DNA of 64,000 nucleotides from Bacteroidota bacterium (GTDB lineage Bacteria; Eisenbacteria; RBG-16-71-46; SZUA-252): NCBI GenBank assembly GCA_050257045.1, contig JBLMWD010000093.1, positions 21,242 to 85,241 of the forward strand, read 5' to 3'. Shown piece by piece: positions 62,167 to 64,000 of this stretch (position 1 is its first letter; each line of letters starts with the position of its first letter). The notes under the pieces were generated by a model. It saw only the letters and a program-made list of their open reading frames with translations, ran no database searches and was not told where the DNA came from. The position numbers and the translations under genes were made by a program.

Positions 62167-62754
62167 ATGACGGCCGGGCGCGACATCGTCTTCGTGCGCC
62201 ATGGCGAGACCGACTGGAACCGCGAGCGCCGCGTGCAGGGCTCGGAAGGGCCGTCGCTGAACGAGGCGGGGCGCGACCAGGCGAAGGGGCTCGCCCGCCT
62301 CCTCTGGGAGGTGCCGCTCGCCGCCGTCTACACGAGCACCCTGGCGCGCGCCAAGGAGACGGCGGCGTACGTCGCGGGGCCGCACTCGCTGAACATCCAC
62401 GCCGACCAGAGACTGAACGAGATCGATCACGGAGAATGGGAGGGGCTCTCGGAAGACGAGCTCCCGGACCTCGCGCTCTACCGGCGGTGGCGCGAGGACC
62501 CCACCTGCTGCACGCTGCCCGGCGCCGAGTCGCTCGAGGCGGTGAACGAGCGGGCCGTGGCCGCCATGAAGGAGATCGTCGCGCGCCACGCCGAGTCCGA
62601 CGGGCTGATCGCGGTGGTGAGCCACCAGGTCGTGCTCGCGCTGCTCAAGTGCTACGTGCTCGACAAGCCGTGGAGCCAGATCCGCAGGCACGCGCTGGGC
62701 GTGGCCTCGTACGAAGTGCTGACCGTGGGCGAGGGGTTCACTCCCCGCGCCTGA
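62167..62754 (+). CDS. Histidine phosphatase family protein (phosphoglycerate mutase-like)
   Basis: RHGETDWN catalytic motif. ATG 62167 lies just after the asd stop. The track's earlier ATG at 62140 would overlap asd. Confidence 0.75.
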   Translation: MTAGRDIVFVRHGETDWNRERRVQGSEGPSLNEAGRDQAKGLARLLWEVPLAAVYTSTLARAKETAAYVAGPHSLNIHADQRLNEIDHGEWEGLSEDELPDLALYRRWREDPTCCTLPGAESLEAVNERAVAAMKEIVARHAESDGLIAVVSHQVVLALLKCYVLDKPWSQIRRHALGVASYEVLTVGEGFTPRA

Positions 62755-62764
62755 GGAGGAGATC

Positions 62765-63862
62765 GTGTTCCGAATCCCGGTATTCCCTCGTTTCCTGATC
62801 GCCTGCGCTCCGCTCCTCGTCGCCGCCGGCCTGGGCTGCTCCGCCGACGCGAAGCAGCAGGCCGCGTCCGCCCCGGGGGACACCATCTCCATCGTGCCGA
62901 TCATGGCCGACACGAGCATCTTCGATACCGACCCCACGCCGTCTCCGGACGGCAAGTGGCTCGCCTACACGAGCGGGCGCGACACGCTCCGGCAGATCTG
63001 GGTGCGTCCGATCGAAGGAGGCGACCGCGGGCATCAGGTCACGCACGAGCCCGATTCGGCGCGCGTGATGACGCCGACCTGGTCGCCCGATTCCAGGTCG
63101 ATCCTCTTCATCTCCACGCGCACCAAGGACTACAACATCTATACGGTCCCGCTCGCGGGAGGCGAGGCGCGTCCCATGAGCGACGCGCACGGGAGCAACC
63201 GCTTCGCGGTCTATTCTCCCGACGGCAAGGAGATCGTCTTCCCGTCGAACCGGATGAAGCCGGGGCAGATCTGGGGGTTCGACCTCTACATGATGGACGC
63301 CGGCGGCGAGCACGAAGCGACGCGTCCCGCGCGTCGCATCACCAACAACCAGGGGAGCCCGGGCCATCCGACGTGGTCTCCCGACGGCAAGTGGGTCGGC
63401 TACGTGGCGAAGATGATCGACACGACGAAGACCGTGAACGTCGGGAAGGGGATGACGATGAAGGAGGGCCCGATGTTCGCGAACTACCACCTCTGGAAGG
63501 TGGCGCCCTCGGGCGGGAAGGAGATCCAGCTCACGGGGAAAGGGAACGAACCGCAGCCGACCGAGGAGATCTTTCCGAGCTGGTCGCCGGACGGGAAGTG
63601 GATCGCGGTGCAGCGTCGCGTCGGCAACACCGAGGACGTCTGGGCCTACGAAGTGGCGACGGGGAAGTTCTACCCCGTGACGTCGTACGGCGACGCGGGA
63701 AAGCCGTCCTGGTCGGCTGACGGGAAATCGATCTGGTTCGTCCGCACCCGGCAGCTCGGCCCCGGCAAGATCGACCAGGACATCTACCTCGCCCGGAACG
63801 TCACGGCGGGCTCGCTCGCCGCGAAGGCGAAGAAGGACCCGAGGACCGTCTCCGCGCCGTAG
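62765..63862 (+). CDS. TolB-like beta-propeller lipoprotein
   Basis: GTG start after a GAGGAGGAG SD. It has the lipobox LGCS and repeated PxWSPDGK WD40-like/TolB blades. Confidence 0.8.
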   Translation: MFRIPVFPRFLIACAPLLVAAGLGCSADAKQQAASAPGDTISIVPIMADTSIFDTDPTPSPDGKWLAYTSGRDTLRQIWVRPIEGGDRGHQVTHEPDSARVMTPTWSPDSRSILFISTRTKDYNIYTVPLAGGEARPMSDAHGSNRFAVYSPDGKEIVFPSNRMKPGQIWGFDLYMMDAGGEHEATRPARRITNNQGSPGHPTWSPDGKWVGYVAKMIDTTKTVNVGKGMTMKEGPMFANYHLWKVAPSGGKEIQLTGKGNEPQPTEEIFPSWSPDGKWIAVQRRVGNTEDVWAYEVATGKFYPVTSYGDAGKPSWSADGKSIWFVRTRQLGPGKIDQDIYLARNVTAGSLAAKAKKDPRTVSAP

Positions 63863-63895
63863 CCGCCGGCGCGCGGGCGCCCGCGGCCGGCGCCG

Positions 63896-64000
63896 CTAAC
63901 GGACCACGATCGTCCCGGTCATCCCCTTCTTCATGTGGCTGTCCACGTCGCAGTGGAAGTCGTATTCCCCAGCCTTCGTCGGCGTGAAGCGCACGCGCTT
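63896..64000 (-). CDS. Cupredoxin (blue copper) domain protein, C-terminal fragment at the window edge
   Basis: The reverse frame reads ...KRVRFTPTKAGEYDFHCDVDSHMKKGMTGTIVVR*, the plastocyanin/pseudoazurin-type Cys-His-Met copper loop. Confidence 0.55.
   Translation of the reverse strand, partial: KRVRFTPTKAGEYDFHCDVDSHMKKGMTGTIVVR

Overview
This is a high-GC (about 70%) bacterial chromosomal replication-origin neighbourhood with very dense, mostly housekeeping coding. A minus-strand block rpmH-rnpA-yidD-yidC-jag-mnmE-mnmG-rsmG-parA-parB (with two consensus parS sites) runs leftward from about 28.4 kb. A plus-strand block dnaA-dnaN-recF-DUF721(DciA-like)-gyrB-gyrA-rex-eamA runs rightward. 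The strand switch lies at rpmH/dnaA. DnaA boxes sit in front of dnaA, and a DnaA-box cluster plus an AT-rich unwinding candidate sits in the dnaA-dnaN spacer (candidate oriC). On the left flank, all on the minus strand, are metG (partial), PSP1/RicT, holB, an EnvC-like M23 peptidase, ftsX, ftsE, pdxA, two tandem SurA-like PPIases, mfd, and a MoxR-DUF58-BatA-like operon. On the right flank are a lipoprotein, a class-III aminotransferase, an M23/SLH peptidase, a DacA-like carboxypeptidase, a PDZ protein, a beta-helix protein, a tandem M16 peptidase, rlmD, a cupredoxin gene translationally coupled to an orphan sensor histidine kinase, lon, a minus-strand unit of a large secreted protein with a lipoprotein and a small membrane protein, asd, a histidine phosphatase and a TolB-like lipoprotein. 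The most unusual element is a 0.8 kb lower-GC intergenic island between the histidine kinase and lon. It carries a near-consensus sigma-54 -24/-12 promoter, an upstream TTGAC-repeat candidate enhancer, and two tandem paralogous 28-codon genes with strong SD sequences. These encode small hydrophobic peptides sharing the C-terminus DNTGGGKAGW, and the two copies differ there only by synonymous substitutions. This is a candidate undescribed small-peptide system. No CRISPR arrays, tRNAs, rRNAs or transposases were recognised. All calls come from reading the sequence and recalling families from memory; no database searches were run.
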